In this document: positions 1 to 14,161 of the stretch, piece after piece
Numbering within the stretch: position 1 is the first letter of the stretch
How the letters are laid out: each line of letters opens with the position of its first letter
The notes under the pieces: model-generated
Database searches by the model: none
What the model was told of the DNA's origin: nothing
The model's input: only the letters and a program-made list of their open reading frames with translations
Position numbers and translations under genes: made by a program
Source of the DNA: Basidiobolus meristosporus CBS 931.73
Lineage: Eukaryota; Fungi; Basidiobolomycota
Direction: 5' to 3'
Assembly: GCA_002104905.1 (NCBI GenBank)
Contig: MCFE01000241.1
Span: 54,262 to 118,261 of the forward strand
DNA: 64,000 nucleotides

Positions 1-1653
1 AAGCTTAAGAATACCTGACTCCAGAAAAGATTTTACTCTGTGCACAGATGCTTCAGATTATGCAATTGGTGGAGTGTTGAGCCAAGAACACAAGGGAAAG
101 GACTACCCTGTTGCCTTTGAATCCAAGAAACTGAACTCAGCAGAACAAAACTATCCAGTGCATGAGAAGGAGATGCTTGCTATAATACACTGTTTGAAGA
201 CATGGAGATACTATATTGAAGGAGTCAAATGCTCTGTGAAGACTGATCATGCCTCCCTCAAGTATATGTTTACTCAGAAGGTACTCTCTAGTAGAATGAC
301 AAGATGGAGAGAATACATTCAGCAATTTGACTTGGAGATTATCTACTGCCTTGGAAAAAAACAACACGGTTGCTGATGCCTTATCAAGATTAGATCATAT
401 TGCACAACTCAACTTGGTGCATGAATCAGATTGGCCTAGCCTATTACCAAAGTACTTAGAGGACCAAGCCATTCCTGATGAGGTGGATGAAGATATCAAG
501 AAGATAATCAGGGATGAAGCCAGCAAATATATATTACAGGATGAAACACTCTACCAAATTGTTGATGGAAGCCCTTTTGCCTATTGCCCTTATGTTTCTT
601 GCCTGGATATAATACATAAGCTACACAATGGATACAGACATCTTGGAATTGAAGGAACCTATAACCTTGTGAAAGCCAGAGCATGGTGGCCCAGAATGAA
701 ATAAGACATTGAGAAGCTAGTGAAAACATGCCAAATTGCCAAATCAACCAAGGCCAACCACAGATAATTGCTGAACTCTTTCCCTTGGAGCCTGCAAGAC
801 TATTTGAAAGATGGGGAATTGACTTTATTGAAAGACTGCCAACTACCAGGAAATGCAACCGTTGGATCCTAGTAACAATTGACCATGCAACTAAATGGCC
901 AGTGGCCAGAGCTGTACTAATGGCCAGTGAACAAGAAGTTGCAAGTTTTATCTACGATGAGATCCTCATGAAGTTTGGATGCCCTGTAGAGATTCTATCC
1001 AATAGAGGTGCAAACTTTATGGCAAAGACAATAGAAGCTTACCTGGAAATGCAGCAGATCAAACACTTGAAAGCCTTGTCATATCACCCCAGAACTAATG
1101 GAGTCACTGGACAGATTAATGAATTATTTGGAAAAATGCTGACCAAGTATGCAATTGGAGTTGTCAGTAGATGGGATGAGTATATAAACCAAGCACTCTT
1201 TGCATGCAGAGTCAGAGTACACAACACCACCCAGCAATTGCCATTTACTTAGTGTAGGGATGTGTACTAAGGAATCCAGGAGATCTCACACAAACAAAGC
1301 TTACAAACACCTTAGAAGATGAACTCAGTCAACCAAGTAGACACCAGCAACTGGAACAAAGACATCAAGAGGCACAAACTAAAGTATCTCAAAGTGCAGC
1401 AAAGATGAAGCAGAGATTTGATAAGACTATAGCACCAGAAGAATCAACAGTTGGGAACTTTGTATTGCTAAGAAATAACACTTGGAAGAAGTTTGAGCCA
1501 CAATGGACAGGACCATTTAAGATCATCAGAGAATGTCCATTTGCAACCTATCAACTAGTGGACAAACAAGGCAATATCCGGGAAGACTTAGTTCATAGGG
1601 ACAGACTCAAGCTTGCAAGACTTGCTGATAATACTGAACCATCAAGATATTAG
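1..1653 (+). mobile_element. Ty3/Gypsy LTR retrotransposon pol 3' part (RNase H - integrase), decayed by frameshifts and stops
   Basis: ORFs 74-376, 327-704, 728-1252 and 1405-1653 carry TDASDYAIGGVLSQ...VAFESKKLNSAEQNYPVHEKEMLAII (RNase H), H..GH.GIEGT...WWPRM...C..C (IN zinc finger), WGIDFI...IDHATKW...YHPRTNG (IN core) and W.GPFKI (GPF/Y tail). The order RH-IN is Gypsy-type. Confidence 0.93.
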
Positions 1654-1705
1654 TATCACAAGAAAAGAGATTCAGGGGAACCCTCTCAACTTTAGCAGGG
1701 GAGAA

Positions 1706-2073
1706 TGTTTTGATCCGCTGCTTGAATGTTCAAGTTAGATCAGTTTTTAGTCAGATCATTTAGTTATAGGTTTAGGTTATCAGTATATCAGTATTATTTA
1801 TCAAATCAGTAGCATTAGTCAGCAAATGAATTAGCAGATCCTTATCAGACAGAAATAGATATATTAGGTAGAATCTTATTGGGTGATGATGATGCAATCA
1901 AAAAAGTCATCAGCCATGGCCTATATTGGGAAATGCAATTAGTAATCAATTGATCTGGCAAAATGTATATAAGGAGCTGCTGGAATCTCAATAAAGATGA
2001 GTTAAAGTTTTAGTGCATACAATACTGGCTAAACTCCCTATTCCCCTACAGTTCTTATACCAGACTTGTAACA
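1706..2073 (+). repeat. 3' LTR of the Gypsy element (LTR family A), preceded by a polypurine tract
   Basis: PPT AGCAGGGGAGAA at 1694-1705, then TGTTTTGATC...ACTTGTAACA (TG..CA, 368 bp). Homologous copies at 8800, 16406, 17197 and 32403 and partial copies elsewhere. Confidence 0.88.
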
Positions 2074-2117
2074 GAATTTAGCTGATATTATGATGGTATC
2101 TTGCTGGCCTTCTTTTA

Positions 2118-2498
2118 ACTTTTTTTCTCTGGGGATATTGGAAGTGACTTGGAAAACAAGTAGTTATGTGGCTTTCACTCAAAGACTTTTGAATGTAAAA
2201 GTAGTATATATACTATCACATGGTCTAGGAATAACAAGCATGTAAAATATGCTTAAGAAAGTCCCAAGAACATGTGTGCAAAGTTTGGGACTATTTAGAC
2301 AACTTTGGGAGTTTCAAGTTCTGGGTATCAGAAATTTTGGTGAAAATACTCTTAGGAAGTCCAAACAAGAAATTTGATCAGTACTCTCCAAGACTTGCAG
2401 GTAACAATATAAGTGACTAAGCTAGGTATATATATCAATAGAAATACAAATTTTCATAAAATTCAAGTCAATCAATTAGATGAGACATTGAGCCAACA
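2118..2498 (-). repeat. Copia-type LTR (family B)
   Basis: Reverse complement begins TGTTGG at 2498 and is homologous to the LTRs upstream of the Copia gag regions at ~21865-22211 (+) and 36115-36462 (-). Left boundary approximate. Confidence 0.65.
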
Positions 2499-2589
2499 TC
2501 TATGTAAGATTCACCCATGACTCAACATTATAAGTATGATTAATAAGGTTGTAGCCCCCCATCACACCTAGATGCAGCAAAATTACTCA

Positions 2590-3480
2590 TTTTGATTGAC
2601 TTACTTCCATGTATATGTTGCAAAAAATAAAGCCAAGTTTTCAGATTCCCTGCTAAACACCAGCACAAACAACAGCAGAAAATTGGTAGGAGAGCTGCTT
2701 GCTCCAATATCCAATGCAACAAGCAGGGCTACATCCAAAAAAGCCATGTTGACAGTGTGCTCATTGACAGTACTAATGCAAACTCCTCCGGTTCTCATTC
2801 AAGTATGTAATTAAGAGCCTTAGCAGAGCCACAAGCTCACCACAATGCTTAGGCAGTTGAGAATGTAGCAAGCATAGTACTTCTAACTCTATGAAAATAA
2901 TAAATGTGATGATCCAGTCAATAGGTCATGACATATTTAAAGTCCCTTGACTAAGAAGTATTGTTCCCATTGGGACACTGTATAAAGACCATCAAAAAAT
3001 AACTGCACCCCAGATCTCATAAAAAACTTGGTCAGAGTTTTTTATCACAACAGCAACGGTGCTGTTAGGTTGGTTTTCTGCAAATTTTCACACTTTGTGA
3101 TCCCAGACACTCTATCAACTCCATTGTTTGCATGCATTGATTGGCTATTGCAACTTTCCAGGTGTAAACACTACAGTCCCTCCCACCCATGTTGTGATTG
3201 GCTTTTCCATGGGCTCTTTCTTTAGGCACTGCTGCTGTGACTTAAAGACAGTATGGTGTTCCTGTGCTCTCTACCACAAATATTGGTTGCACTACATATG
3301 TTATCCACTCATCTTCACTTTGGACTGATGCATGATTTCTCTGGGTCATTGCATCAATCCTATTGGCTGCTGCACCCAGTTGCCTCATATATGCTTTTGG
3401 TATGAGCTACCAATGTAGTTGCAAATACCGGTAGGAGTGATCTTATGATGGTCTTTGCTGGTCTTCCTAGGACCCTGTGA
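2590..3480. mobile_element. Rearranged fragments of the CACTA-like element accessory gene and right arm
   Basis: 2590-2890 matches 29370-29640 in the same orientation. 2930-3050 matches the reverse complement of 31590-31720. 3050-3480 matches the reverse complement of ~29700-30050. Confidence 0.65.
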
Positions 3481-3489
3481 GAGTAATTT

Positions 3490-5290
3490 GGTCCTGCAGG
3501 TGTATTCAATCTAGATCAGCCATCAAGATTCTGTCAGGAGACCACTATATACCAACAGCTTGGAGTTTATGACCATCTACACAATCTTATGAGGGGATCA
3601 TAATGGCATTTGGCTATCTTTACTGCCAAATAATGTTAAAAACAATAGAGCATTAGTACAGGGTTTTGCCAAGTGTGGCATGGCATTGTTGTGGTCTTAG
3701 TGCACTCAACAACTATTTGAGTGGATCTAATTGGCAGGTACATCCAATTGCCAAATATGGCAAGACACCTGATGGCATTTGAAAACCTTGTTGCAGGTAT
3801 CTGATGGTATTAGAATGGCAGTATAGTGGCCTACAGCTAGTTCTGTACAATGCTGCTGTACCAATTAACCAAGTGGTATTTCCTTTTTCTACCTCCCCTT
3901 GCGCAATTTGTATGTTTCACTGCAAAATCACCCCTCTATATCTACTTATCAACTCCTACCTTGGGTACTTCACATCTAGCTCCAATCAAAAAATACTTTA
4001 GCCACCTGCTTACTAATCTTTACAAACACACACTTGTGGCATTTAACATACTTCTATCACCTCATCTTTACAGCTTTTTAGTGTGATACTTGCAAGGATG
4101 CCATATACCTTGTATTGCTGATAACATATATCTTGCAAACATATACTTGGTTGCCACCACTTATGCCATGAATACCTCCTGAATATCCACAAAGAGCTTT
4201 GGTAAGTGTCTTCATGTGCACATCTATACTCAGTATTTTCCAACTCTTCAGGGCTATCTGCCATGTGCCAATGCATCACATGAGATTTGGATATGGTAGT
4301 ACCAGCAACTTGACTTATCTTCATATCACCCCTTGCATCTGCTCCATAGGAAACTTCCAAAAGGTCAAGCAAGGCCCAATATTCTCAACACACCAAGCAG
4401 GATGGAGTAGCAAATGGATACAGTAGTGGCAGAGATCTATGAGTTTGGCCCCACCTCATACTCTTTGTACAAAAGCTGTGGATTTGTCAAGTTGCCACTG
4501 GTGATCCACTTCTGGATACATATTGCTACAATTTTTGCATATGACTCCCAATGCTTCTGATGTACTCTTGGTAGAAAATAGCAAGCAGCATATGACCCAG
4601 ATCTTATACCATTACCTGCATGCATATGCATTTACATTTGATTTACATCAGGAATTGCCACCATTACATGGTGCCCATCTTGTCAGAAGTCCATCACTAC
4701 ATCAGGAAAGCATTATTAGCACTCTGAATATTTTGCATTAATGCCCCACTTCATGAAGCTCTTGCAGTCAGACAAATATTGCTAAGCAACAAAGTACTTC
4801 ACTTAATTATATGCAAGCACCAACATTTTCAATATATTGCATGGCAACACTAAGCAATTAAGAGGTAAGTGCTACGTTGAGGGTGTGTATGACAATGCCT
4901 TTACTTTGACACTCGATAGATTTGCATTAAGCAAGTACTCTACCAGCAAGTCCTGCTGGCCACTGCCTCCAATCAGCCAAAGTTTGCCGTAAATCTGAGT
5001 GTAGACTCACCAATATCCAGGCTTAGCTCATTGTTGAGCCTGGAGAGCTACTGTTCATATTGGCATTGCTTGCTATACAGTTTGATACTTGAGATTAGCC
5101 ATTTTGTCAAAGCACATAGTATCATTTGCACTGGAGTTATCCAAGCCTATATCTAGATGGAATAGAGAATATTACTGTCCAATGTGTCAGATCCTGGGAA
5201 TTCACCCCATTGCTCAAACCATATTTTTGATCTCACCACCAAAACTACAAACATTGTGTCACCACAGATAGCATGTACCTACCATATGAA
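3490..5290 (-). mobile_element. CACTA/EnSpm-like transposase, 3' part with left arm (decayed copy 1)
   Basis: 3490-3560 resembles 24930-24990. 3700-4340 matches 25130-26059 and 4340-4560 matches 27131-27390 (GP...W.FPME motif region). It provides the uninterrupted empty site for the LTR inserted at 26060-27130. Confidence 0.78.
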
Positions 5291-5299
5291 AATATATTA

Positions 5300-8200
5300 T
5301 ATTACTTAGTTCACTAGAATATGGCTCTACTTGATGAGCTGCTAACACTTGAGATTACTTTGGTAGTTATATTAGTATTCTCTGGGCTGTCATGGTGTTC
5401 AGCCTGCTCCAGACTTATGCCATTGATTGATAGGAACTGAAGCTTTTTCTTACTCCTCCTTGTCTCTGGCTTCAGTAGACTTTCTTCCCTCACCTTTGTC
5501 TTCATCACTGCTGGGTCTTTCACTGCCACTATGTCAAGGTGCCACTTTAATGAGATATGATTTCAACTTAATAAATGCTTTACTGGTGAATGCATTTTTT
5601 CTGGATTACTTCTTAATGGCACTTTTCCAGAAACCAGATATTTCTTTGCTGCATTTTTTGAGATATCAGTCCAAGCAGTGATGGACTTCTGAGAAAGCCA
5701 CTGTTCTTTTGACTGCCAGGTCCTTCTCAGCTAATTTGACTAGGTGCCTTGTGAGTAGACCTACATGATTTTGTAGACAAGTATCTCACTGGTGCATCCT
5801 TGCCTGCCTGTTTGTCTCTTACCAACACTCTTTCTGGCTATCAGACATATCTTTGCTGCTTTTGAACAGCTTATGGCCCTTCTTAATCAGGCTCATGGGG
5901 AAGCCACTGGTTTGAGCTATGGCACCCTAATTCAGCTGCTTTCAATAGGTTCTGTTACACTTGAAATATCTTCTTGGCATATCAATGCTGCCCACAAACT
6001 CATTTACTTGTTTCAATAGAGGATAATGGTCACAGGACAAGCTAATCACATTCTGCTTAGCCTTCAGCTCTATTGAGCCCATGGAATGTCAACATTGAGA
6101 CGATGGTGTTCTAGACCTTTTTAATGCTGAAATTAAAGACTATTTGGCATCATTCAGCAACTAAAAATATACTCAGTAGTTCTTGACTAGTATGCACACT
6201 GTAGGATTATTTCATAGCCATAACTTTGGTTCTTTCTTCAGAACTATGATTCCATGCTTATTCCCCAATGGTCAAGATCAAATAGCTCTTTAATCAAAAG
6301 TTATGTCAGACCCCCCCCCCCAACTGTTACAGAATGCTCCTGAATGCTGGGAAGCTCTCCTCAGTGTTACTGCTGTATTGCTTCTACAAAGGTATAAATA
6401 CTGAGCTTCTCAATGAATAAGCAACAGTTCAACCATTATCATTATTTCTTATTTCCTCATATCCAAAACACTTCTTAAATTGCAACACCTACATCCTATT
6501 CATACTAGCTCACTCCTCATAATTGCATTGACAGCTTTATGGATCTTCAATGTATTTGGATATTTAAGCATTGTTACAAATATCAAAGTCTTGTTCTTCT
6601 ATGCTGTGGTAGGCTTTTTGTGGGCATTATCATTTGGCACTGTTATGCTTCAAGGACTTTTTGGTGAACTACTCCTCCCATACTGGGATGTGACTCAATT
6701 CTTAGCTGAGGCATTGAGCTACCTGGAATCCTTCTCAGCATCATATATACTGCATTCTGTACTTGACATTTACAGTGATCTACATGTGTAACTTACTCAA
6801 CCTATATCTTGACAAAATTGTGATCTCACAGGGCCATTGTATTCATCCAACTTGTCACTCTACATGCTTGCCCTATGAGTTCTTTGGCAAAAGCTGACAA
6901 CATATTTGTTAATACTGTTAGTGATGATATTGTGGTGGTCATTGGCTGATCTTCTACTGGAGGTACTTTGTTTGCTGCACTCTCATCTGCCTGAGCATGA
7001 TGGTCAGGTTGTTGCTGCAGAGGTTCTCAAGTGCCTACATTCCTGACATCCAGAGGAATTTACAATATCATCTGTAGTGGGTACACTGCTAGTCCTTTTT
7101 TGGATGTAGTCCCACTTGTTGCACTGAATGTCAAAGCAAACTGTTGTCCAACTTTTCTTCTGCTAATTTTGACAATGGAGCATGATTGCAAGCTAGATGA
7201 ATTTCTTTTTTTAAGCAGTATATTTATAGAAGTGAGTTGGACCACAGGGGAAATAGTGTTACCTATACATGTGTATGTCTGCCATAACTTTATTCAAGAC
7301 ACTTACTCTGATAGGTCTTCTTTATATCTTACAGTGAGGTGTGTGCAATGTCTCCAATTCAATGCTGAACTAATTTTACATCAATATTATCAAAGAAGTC
7401 ATATAGTAGCATCACACTGTATAGTGTCCAGCTGTTTTCCCATGGACAAGACTACATTAGCTTTAAGCTGTATGAGAACAGTAGAGAGACATTGTGGGTA
7501 TTCTGACAAGCCTCCCAAGTGTCAAGCATTCAGGTAGCATAGGAAGTGCTACAAGCATCATGGCCATTGTTCTGCCACACTGATCATAATGTGGCATTCA
7601 TCAGGCAGTACTATATCAATATTTTATTGGATGCCACTTGTTACTTCTATTGCAGCAATCAGCTGCACTTGTTACATTGGACAAGCGCAGCCTGGTGAGT
7701 TTGGGATGCATGTTGGCTCACCTCAGCCTTCCAAACATAGTTTGCAGACTGATGACTATGACTAAGAAACCTCACTGCTGCATTGCAAGCATGTTGCACC
7801 ACACAACAGTAGCATGCATGAGACTGGCAAATCCAAATGCTTTATCATATTACACAAGCTGAAAAGTGGCTGAGGATACTCAATGGAGTCAAGTAAGCCA
7901 TGTAGTTGATTTACTTTTTAAAGATGTGATATTTTGGCACAAGAAGTGGTGTGTTTTCACTAATATCACTAATGGGGGCTTTGGGACTTATTGCTACTTA
8001 TTGCCAAAATATTGTAGAATGCAACTTACCATTTACATGGTACAAATGGACAACTATTGTGTGGCAGACAACTTATGACTAGACACTCTACTAAAACTAG
8101 CATCTGTAAATGGGCTCATGTCATTCAGATCAGAGAATGCCACCATTGCAAGGGGTCATATTACCACCTATAAGGAAGTCTAGCATACAACAGGGAGAAG

Positions 8201-8790
8201 TAATATGTTGATTAAGTTTCAGAAAGTCCTTTGTGTATATTCAATTAATATGCATGGAATAGCGGTGGCAACCAAACAAATGTTGGCAAGAAGTGTTGGT
8301 TTCCAGAAATACAAGGTATATGCCAGCTTTCAAATAGTATATTACATAGATACAGAGTTGAGGTAATAGAAGCGTCTCACTTAGAGCAGATGGGTGCATA
8401 TCTAATTGTTGGTAATCAATAGGCTGTAGTTTTCCTGATTTGAAATTCCTGTGGAATACCCATAGTAGTAGGTAAGCAAAATAAAGAGAGGTGATTCTTA
8501 AGTACAACATATCAGTGGCACAAGGGGAGTAAAATAAAAAGCACCATTTGGTAAATACATATGGCAGTATTATTTGTAACTAGCTGTAGGCTGCTGTACT
8601 GCCATAATAATGCCAACAGAGGTCTACAAGCAAGTAGTCAAAGCACTGTCAAGTATTTTGGCTTATAAGGCATGTGTGTTGATTGGTTGTGCAGGTCTGT
8701 TGCAGAAGACACACCACACAATGAGCTGAAGAAAATGTCATAATATTTCTGCAAAATGGCTGTTAAAGTACTATCTTGTTTTTGGCTTTA
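5300..8790. mobile_element. CACTA-like element copy in inverted orientation: accessory gene (-) and transposase (+), internally deleted and interrupted by an LTR
   Basis: 5300-5950 (-) matches 30250-30900 (KDPAVMK..PET vs KDLAVIK..PET). 6500-7260 (-) matches 29340-30000. 7300-8200 (+) matches the transposase 5' part (DTQWSQVS..WCVFTNITNGGF vs DTLWSQVS..WCVSTNISNGGF). 8200-8760 (+) matches the transposase 3' part. Confidence 0.7.
6125..6487 (+). repeat. LTR, family C (probably Copia)
   Basis: TGCTGAAATT...TTGCAACA; homologous over its full length to the solo LTR at 13793-14161 (-). Confidence 0.7.
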
Positions 8791-8799
8791 TTCATCAAC

Positions 8800-9166
8800 T
8801 GTTATAATCTGCTTCTTGAATGTTTAAGTTAGATCAGTTTGAGTCAAATCCATTGGTTTTATGTTTAGAATATCAGTTTATCAGTATTTTTGATCAAATT
8901 AGTGGCGTTAGTCAGCAGATGAATCTGCAGATTATTATCAGACAGAAATATATATATCAATTAAGATATAAAAGGGTGATGATATTTCAATAGCGTGAGG
9001 CAGCATCCACATGCTAGAGTAGATAACATAGTTAGTGAGCAGTTGAGCTGACAAAATGTAAATAAGGAGCTGCTGGAACTACAATATAGATCAGATCAGG
9101 TTTACTAAATATAATGCTAGCTAAGCTCCCTAGCTCACTACAACACTTATATCAAGAATTGTAACA
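8800..9166 (+). repeat. LTR family A copy, possibly a solo LTR
   Basis: TGTTATAATCTGCT...TTGTAACA, homologous to 1706-2073. Flanks CAAC/CAAT would be a 4-bp TSD with one C>T change. Confidence 0.78.
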
Positions 9167-9169
9167 CAA

Positions 9170-9385
9170 TCAAACTCCAACTGCTATAACAATCCTGTGA
9201 ATTTCATGGTCACTTCCAAATATCATCACACATCTTATTAGGAATGGCTTGGTCCTCCAAGTTCTTGAATGATAAGCTTGGCAAATCTGATTCATGCGCC
9301 GGATTGAGTTGTGTAACTTGTTCCAGTCTTGATAAAGCACTGACATCCATGTTATTTTTCCCAGGGTAGTAGACAATCCCTAGGT
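9170..9385 (-). mobile_element. Gypsy pol fragment (RNase H-integrase linker)
   Basis: LGIVYYPGKNN..SALSRLEQVTQLNPAHESDLPSL aligns with LEIIYCLGKKNTVADALSRLDHIAQLNLVHESDWPSL at 330-450. Confidence 0.8.
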
Positions 9386-9399
9386 TGTTTGCCTCAATC

Positions 9400-12300
9400 A
9401 ACACCAGGAAATGCAATTAGTCAGCACTTAACTTAGTAAAATTATTATAAGGAGCTGCCAGAACTGCACTAAAATCAGTTCACATTTCTGTGAATACAAT
9501 ACTACTTAATTTCCAACTCCTCCAACACTATTATATTCAGATTGTAACATAGAAAGCTGCAATTACCAGACACCTCCCCCCTCAAGCAAGAAGAAGCCTC
9601 CCTTTAGATGTTGGAGAATAAAAATTGGAGAATGCAATGCTGCCAATCCTGACCCAACAGCAAGAGCTACTCCCAGTTTTTAGCCAGCACCAAGAAGGAA
9701 TAACCACAATGGCTCAGTACAAGCAAAGCCCTGTCAAGAGCTACTTCAGTGTGAGGGTGAGCCAATACTCTGGTATAGTCAGCAAAAGCCCTAGACATAG
9801 CTATTTCAAATCAAAGCAGCTTTTATGGCTACAAAAACAGCACCAGAAATCAGGTTAGGCACCAAGATAGTGTACTCCACTATCTCCACATGGGATGGGC
9901 TTGTAGGGAATGTAAAAGAACGCCTTTGAGCCTACACATCAACTGACACTAGTAAGAAAGAAACTGAACACACTAAGACCAACAGGAATAGTTCAAGAAT
10001 ACATCTATGATTCCAGATATGTTGATAGACCAACTTTAAAAATGCACCACCTTGAGCAGGATAATTACTTCATTGATGGTTTCAGGTAACAAGCTGAGCA
10101 ATAAGAGAGTTATCAAAGACCACACACAGGTAAAGAAGCCATTAAGATTCCGATTCACTATATATTTGCTCTATTTAAGAATGTAAAGCTTGCAGTAACT
10201 AATCAGAGAGGTTACAGGCATTATGAGAACAGTTGATTGGAAGCTGAGCCCATGAAAATAGAAGTTAGGCAGCAGAATATAAGAAGGTAGGATGTTGTTT
10301 CCATTGGTGCTAACAATGACATACTTCAAGATACAGCTCTCACAGAAAGACTAGACACCAGTCAACAAGAACCTTTAACCATATTAAAGCCCTTGAGTAT
10401 AGTAACACAGACTATGTACTTTAAGAAGACTTGAAACTCACCTTCTATATGACAGCAATATAATTAACCCCAGCAGCCACAAGTTCAGGAAAGCTATTAT
10501 ACTTGAATGAATCAATCAATGGAGTACCTGCCAATTACAACTGACTTGGGATCATCACATGAGTATATCTCAGAATATTTTGCTTTGACAGCCTAATTCA
10601 ACTGAGAATGCACCAAATCAACTTCATTATCAATAGCTGATGAGAAAGCTGACATCATCAACTGTGTTATTTGGTCAGTGCAAATGAGAACTAATTATAA
10701 TAAACAAGATGCTGAAATGTTAGAGTATATTGGAAGTGAAATAGAGAATTCAGAAGACTTGCACAATATTTACCTGCTGATTTATTGAGATACAACACAG
10801 TATTTATACTTATTGCAGGACTACTAACTGGTAACTATCTGGTCAGTATAAGGGGAGTCTCCTGACTAAAAATGCAAGTCTTAGCTCATTTGAACAAGTC
10901 TCAGATCTTCCTAAAATTCTGTGCTTCAATAATTCATAACTATTAGTAAATAAGTTACAAACAAGCTTCAAAGTCAATATTCAGATATATATTGCTTAAC
11001 TATATACTAGTTCATAATATACTAATAGTCTTGGTGGACTCCTAATAATTTAATAGAAGACCTACAGGCCTACATATTTGGAAACTACAAATTTGACCTG
11101 ATACTTGGAAAACACAGCTATACCATATTAATTCATAAGTCAACTGGAGAATCCATGCTATTGAGATCAAAAAAGACAAGAAGAGTAATGTGATATTACA
11201 TACCACACAGTGTTTCTGCTTGGTCAAGTGGATTCCCTATACATGTTTCCCAGAAAGCTCACACACTTTTGAATCAGTACTAAAACATGTTACCAGACAA
11301 ACTTGTGAACCTGCTGTGCCAGTCAGAGAAGCGAGTCATGCTGCTGATACTGGGGATAGCCCTCTGGAGACTAAGTCACTTACAGAAAAAGCCCACTAGA
11401 GTTTGGACATATGGAGAATTGTATTGATGAGTTGCTGGAACAGGCATACATCACACCCAGCTAGGCACTCCGGAGAGCATCAGTGCTTTTAGTTATGAAG
11501 AATGATGTGATAGTACTGAAGTGTACTGGCTAGAGGGCCTTGAACTCAGTTAATGTGAAGAACAAGCACCTACACATCTTGGACTGTAAAGCTTTTGTAC
11601 TAACTCAATGAAGCAACATATTCTGCAAGCTTGACCCAATATTAGGCATAATCCAGATTATGGTAAAGCCAGCATATATCTGCAAAATAGCAATCAAGAC
11701 TAGATCCCAATATTATGAGCAATTAGTCATGAGCTTTAGCCTCACTAATGCTCCTACAACATTCTTGATCTGATGCAAACCATCTTCCAGGTGTACTTGG
11801 ACAAATTTGTGGCAATCAGCAGAGATTACATATTGCTATTCATCAAGGCAATCAAAATCACTTGGTGCACACTGAAATGGTATAGAGAAAACAACAGCAA
11901 CAATACATATGGCACAGCAGCTCAGTATCAGTTCTTCAAAAACCACAATAAACATCTGGGAACTGTAGTGACTAGTATGGGAGTGACCTTTGGCCCCCAG
12001 AAGGCTAGAGTCATCAACAATCTGAAACAACATTATACAATATCAGAACTTAGATCATCCATTGCAATGGATTTCCATTATCTATTATTTGGAGAGTCCT
12101 TTGCTAGTACTGTAACCCTTTTACTGATATGCTCAAGAGAGATAATACCTAGTTGTTGGACATTGCTTCTGAGACAGCAGTACTGATTCTTAAGAATGAA
12201 CCTGTCTAGCTGCTAAACTTAGAAATAGCTGACTTCAGAAAAATGTTAAATCTCTGCTCAGACACTTCGGATTATGCAATTGGTGAAGTACCAATATAAG

Positions 12301-12430
12301 GATAAAAGGTAGTGCAATACCAGTTGCTTTCAATCTCAGAAGCTGAACTCAGGTGCAAAAAGCTACCTAGAGCATGAGATATAGATACCTGCCACCAAAC
12401 ACTGCTTAAGGAAATGGAGAAGCTATATTG
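9400..12430 (+). mobile_element. Heavily decayed Gypsy element: 3' half of 5' LTR (to 9549), gag, protease, RT, RNase H
   Basis: LTR end TTGTAACA at 9549; protease LVDS at ~11030 and DLILGK...VNW at ~11090-11150; RT YEQLVMSFSLTNAPTTF..MQTIFQVYLDKFV at ~11710-11810; RNase H remnants (SDYAIG; SQKLNS..SYLEHE) at ~12260-12380. Confidence 0.75.
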
Positions 12431-13329
12431 CAGAAGTGTTTGTCAGATTTGTAATTTCACCTGAATACTTACCTGACTTATTTGCTTAGATTATAACCTA
12501 CAAATCTTAAAAAATCCTAGCCAGATTCCTGATTGTAGCTATTGAAAAGCAAATGATACACATGAGACTGGTGCCTTAAATGAGGATAATCTGCAGACAA
12601 AGCCTGAGTATAGAATTGCAGCAAAAGCTGAAGATACTCAATTCAGCTATGTGGTGGATTACAGACTAGTCTTGGTCAATGCAGGACTAGCCTATAGCCC
12701 TTACTTTGCCACTTTCTTCAGATCAATGATCACATAGTTACTCTCCTATAGTCAATATCAAGTTAGCACTCTTACTAAACAGTATGTAATAACCCCAAAA
12801 CTGCTACAAAATACTTCTAAGTGCTAAGAAGACCTCCTTATGTGGTTTTACAATTATATTACATCTAAAAGGTAAAAACACTGAGCTTCTTTATGAATTA
12901 ACTGTTGAAATATTAGAGAGAAATGTTGGAAGTGAAATGCAGAATTTGAACATTGATAAATCTTTACTTGATAATTTATTGAGTTCTAACATATTATTTA
13001 TGCTTATTGAAAAAATAAATACATGTCACTATTTGCTCAATATTAAAGGTGTTTTAGGAGTACATGTGCCAAGTTGCAGTTCATTTGCACCAATCTGGAT
13101 TTTCCTTAAATTCTGTACTTCACTAATTTGTAATAATTATCAGAGATGTTACAAACTATTCTCTGAGTTGATATTTGGAAATAAGTCATTTAACTAAGTG
13201 CTAGCTCATACTATATCAATAACTAGATGGACTCCTAGTTAATTCAACATAGACAACAGTTCAACTATTATCACTATTTCTTGATAAGTTCCTTATATCC
13301 TACTTCCTAAAGTGCAATAGGAGTCACAT

Positions 13330-13600
13330 GTGTATATTCAAAGCTGTATACCAGATATGGCCAAAAACCTACTATCTGTATGTAAGGCCATAACAGAGGG
13401 TGTCAGTCTCATTTTTGACATCTCTGCATTTAGGATCAAAGATGAAATTGATGTCAATATTACTGAGGGTATCAAAGATTGGAATATCCACAAGTGGACC
13501 TATACACCATCATGTTTGGATGTCAATATAAGTAATATAAATGAAGATACTCCAATGCTTTGGCACAGTAGATTCAAGCACATCTGTGTTGTGTTGTTGA
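13330..13600 (+). mobile_element. Copia pol fragment (protease to GAG-pre-integrase)
   Basis: IPDMAKNLLSV...DTPMLWHSRFKHI; homologous to 23270-23500. Confidence 0.72.
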
Positions 13601-13792
13601 ATCCTAACAATTGCTCATGAGCTTTGGCTAATCCAAATTAAGAGAAAGTTAGATCTATATAGCTTGAATCTGTAGGGACCCACCGTTGTAGCCTAAACCT
13701 ACTCAGTGTACATAGATGGGCCTCTGACTGCAAAAGAGGCCTTAAATGAGCCTCTTATATGGCGGTGAAGATCTTCAATGATAGGAATATCA

Positions 13793-14161
13793 TGTTGTAA
13801 TTTAATAAGTGATTTGGATATAAGGAACTCATCAACATATAGCGGTAATAGTTGAACTGTTGTTTATTCATAAAGTAGATCAGTATTTATAACTTTATAG
13901 AGGTAGTACAGATGCAACACTAAGAAAGGGGGGTTTTTAACATTCAGGAGCTTTCTGTAACAGTTTCAGGGTTTGTATATAATGTTGGGTAAAAAGTATT
14001 AATTTGATCTTGACTATAGGGGAATAATCATAAGATCATAGATGTGAAGAAACTGGCAAAGTTGGGGCTGCAAACAAGTCCTTCAGTGACCAAGACTGAT
14101 CTATAATTATTAATTAAATTTTTGGCTGCTGAATGATACCAAATAGTCCAATATTTCAACA
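13793..14161 (-). repeat. Solo LTR (family C) with perfect 5-bp TSD TATCA
   Basis: Reverse complement runs TGTTGAAATA...TTACAACA. TATCA lies at both 13788-13792 and 14162-14166. A 5-bp TSD is typical of Copia. Confidence 0.85.

Noticed and set aside
6309-6320. Poly-C run and other short homopolymers
   Set aside because: Lies inside an LTR; too short to be informative.
12903-13319. Apparent LTR (TGTTGAAATATT...TGCAATA)
   Set aside because: The middle (13085-13250) is homologous to the Gypsy gag-protease region at 10880-11050; only 13250-13319 matches an LTR end, and no TSD was found.
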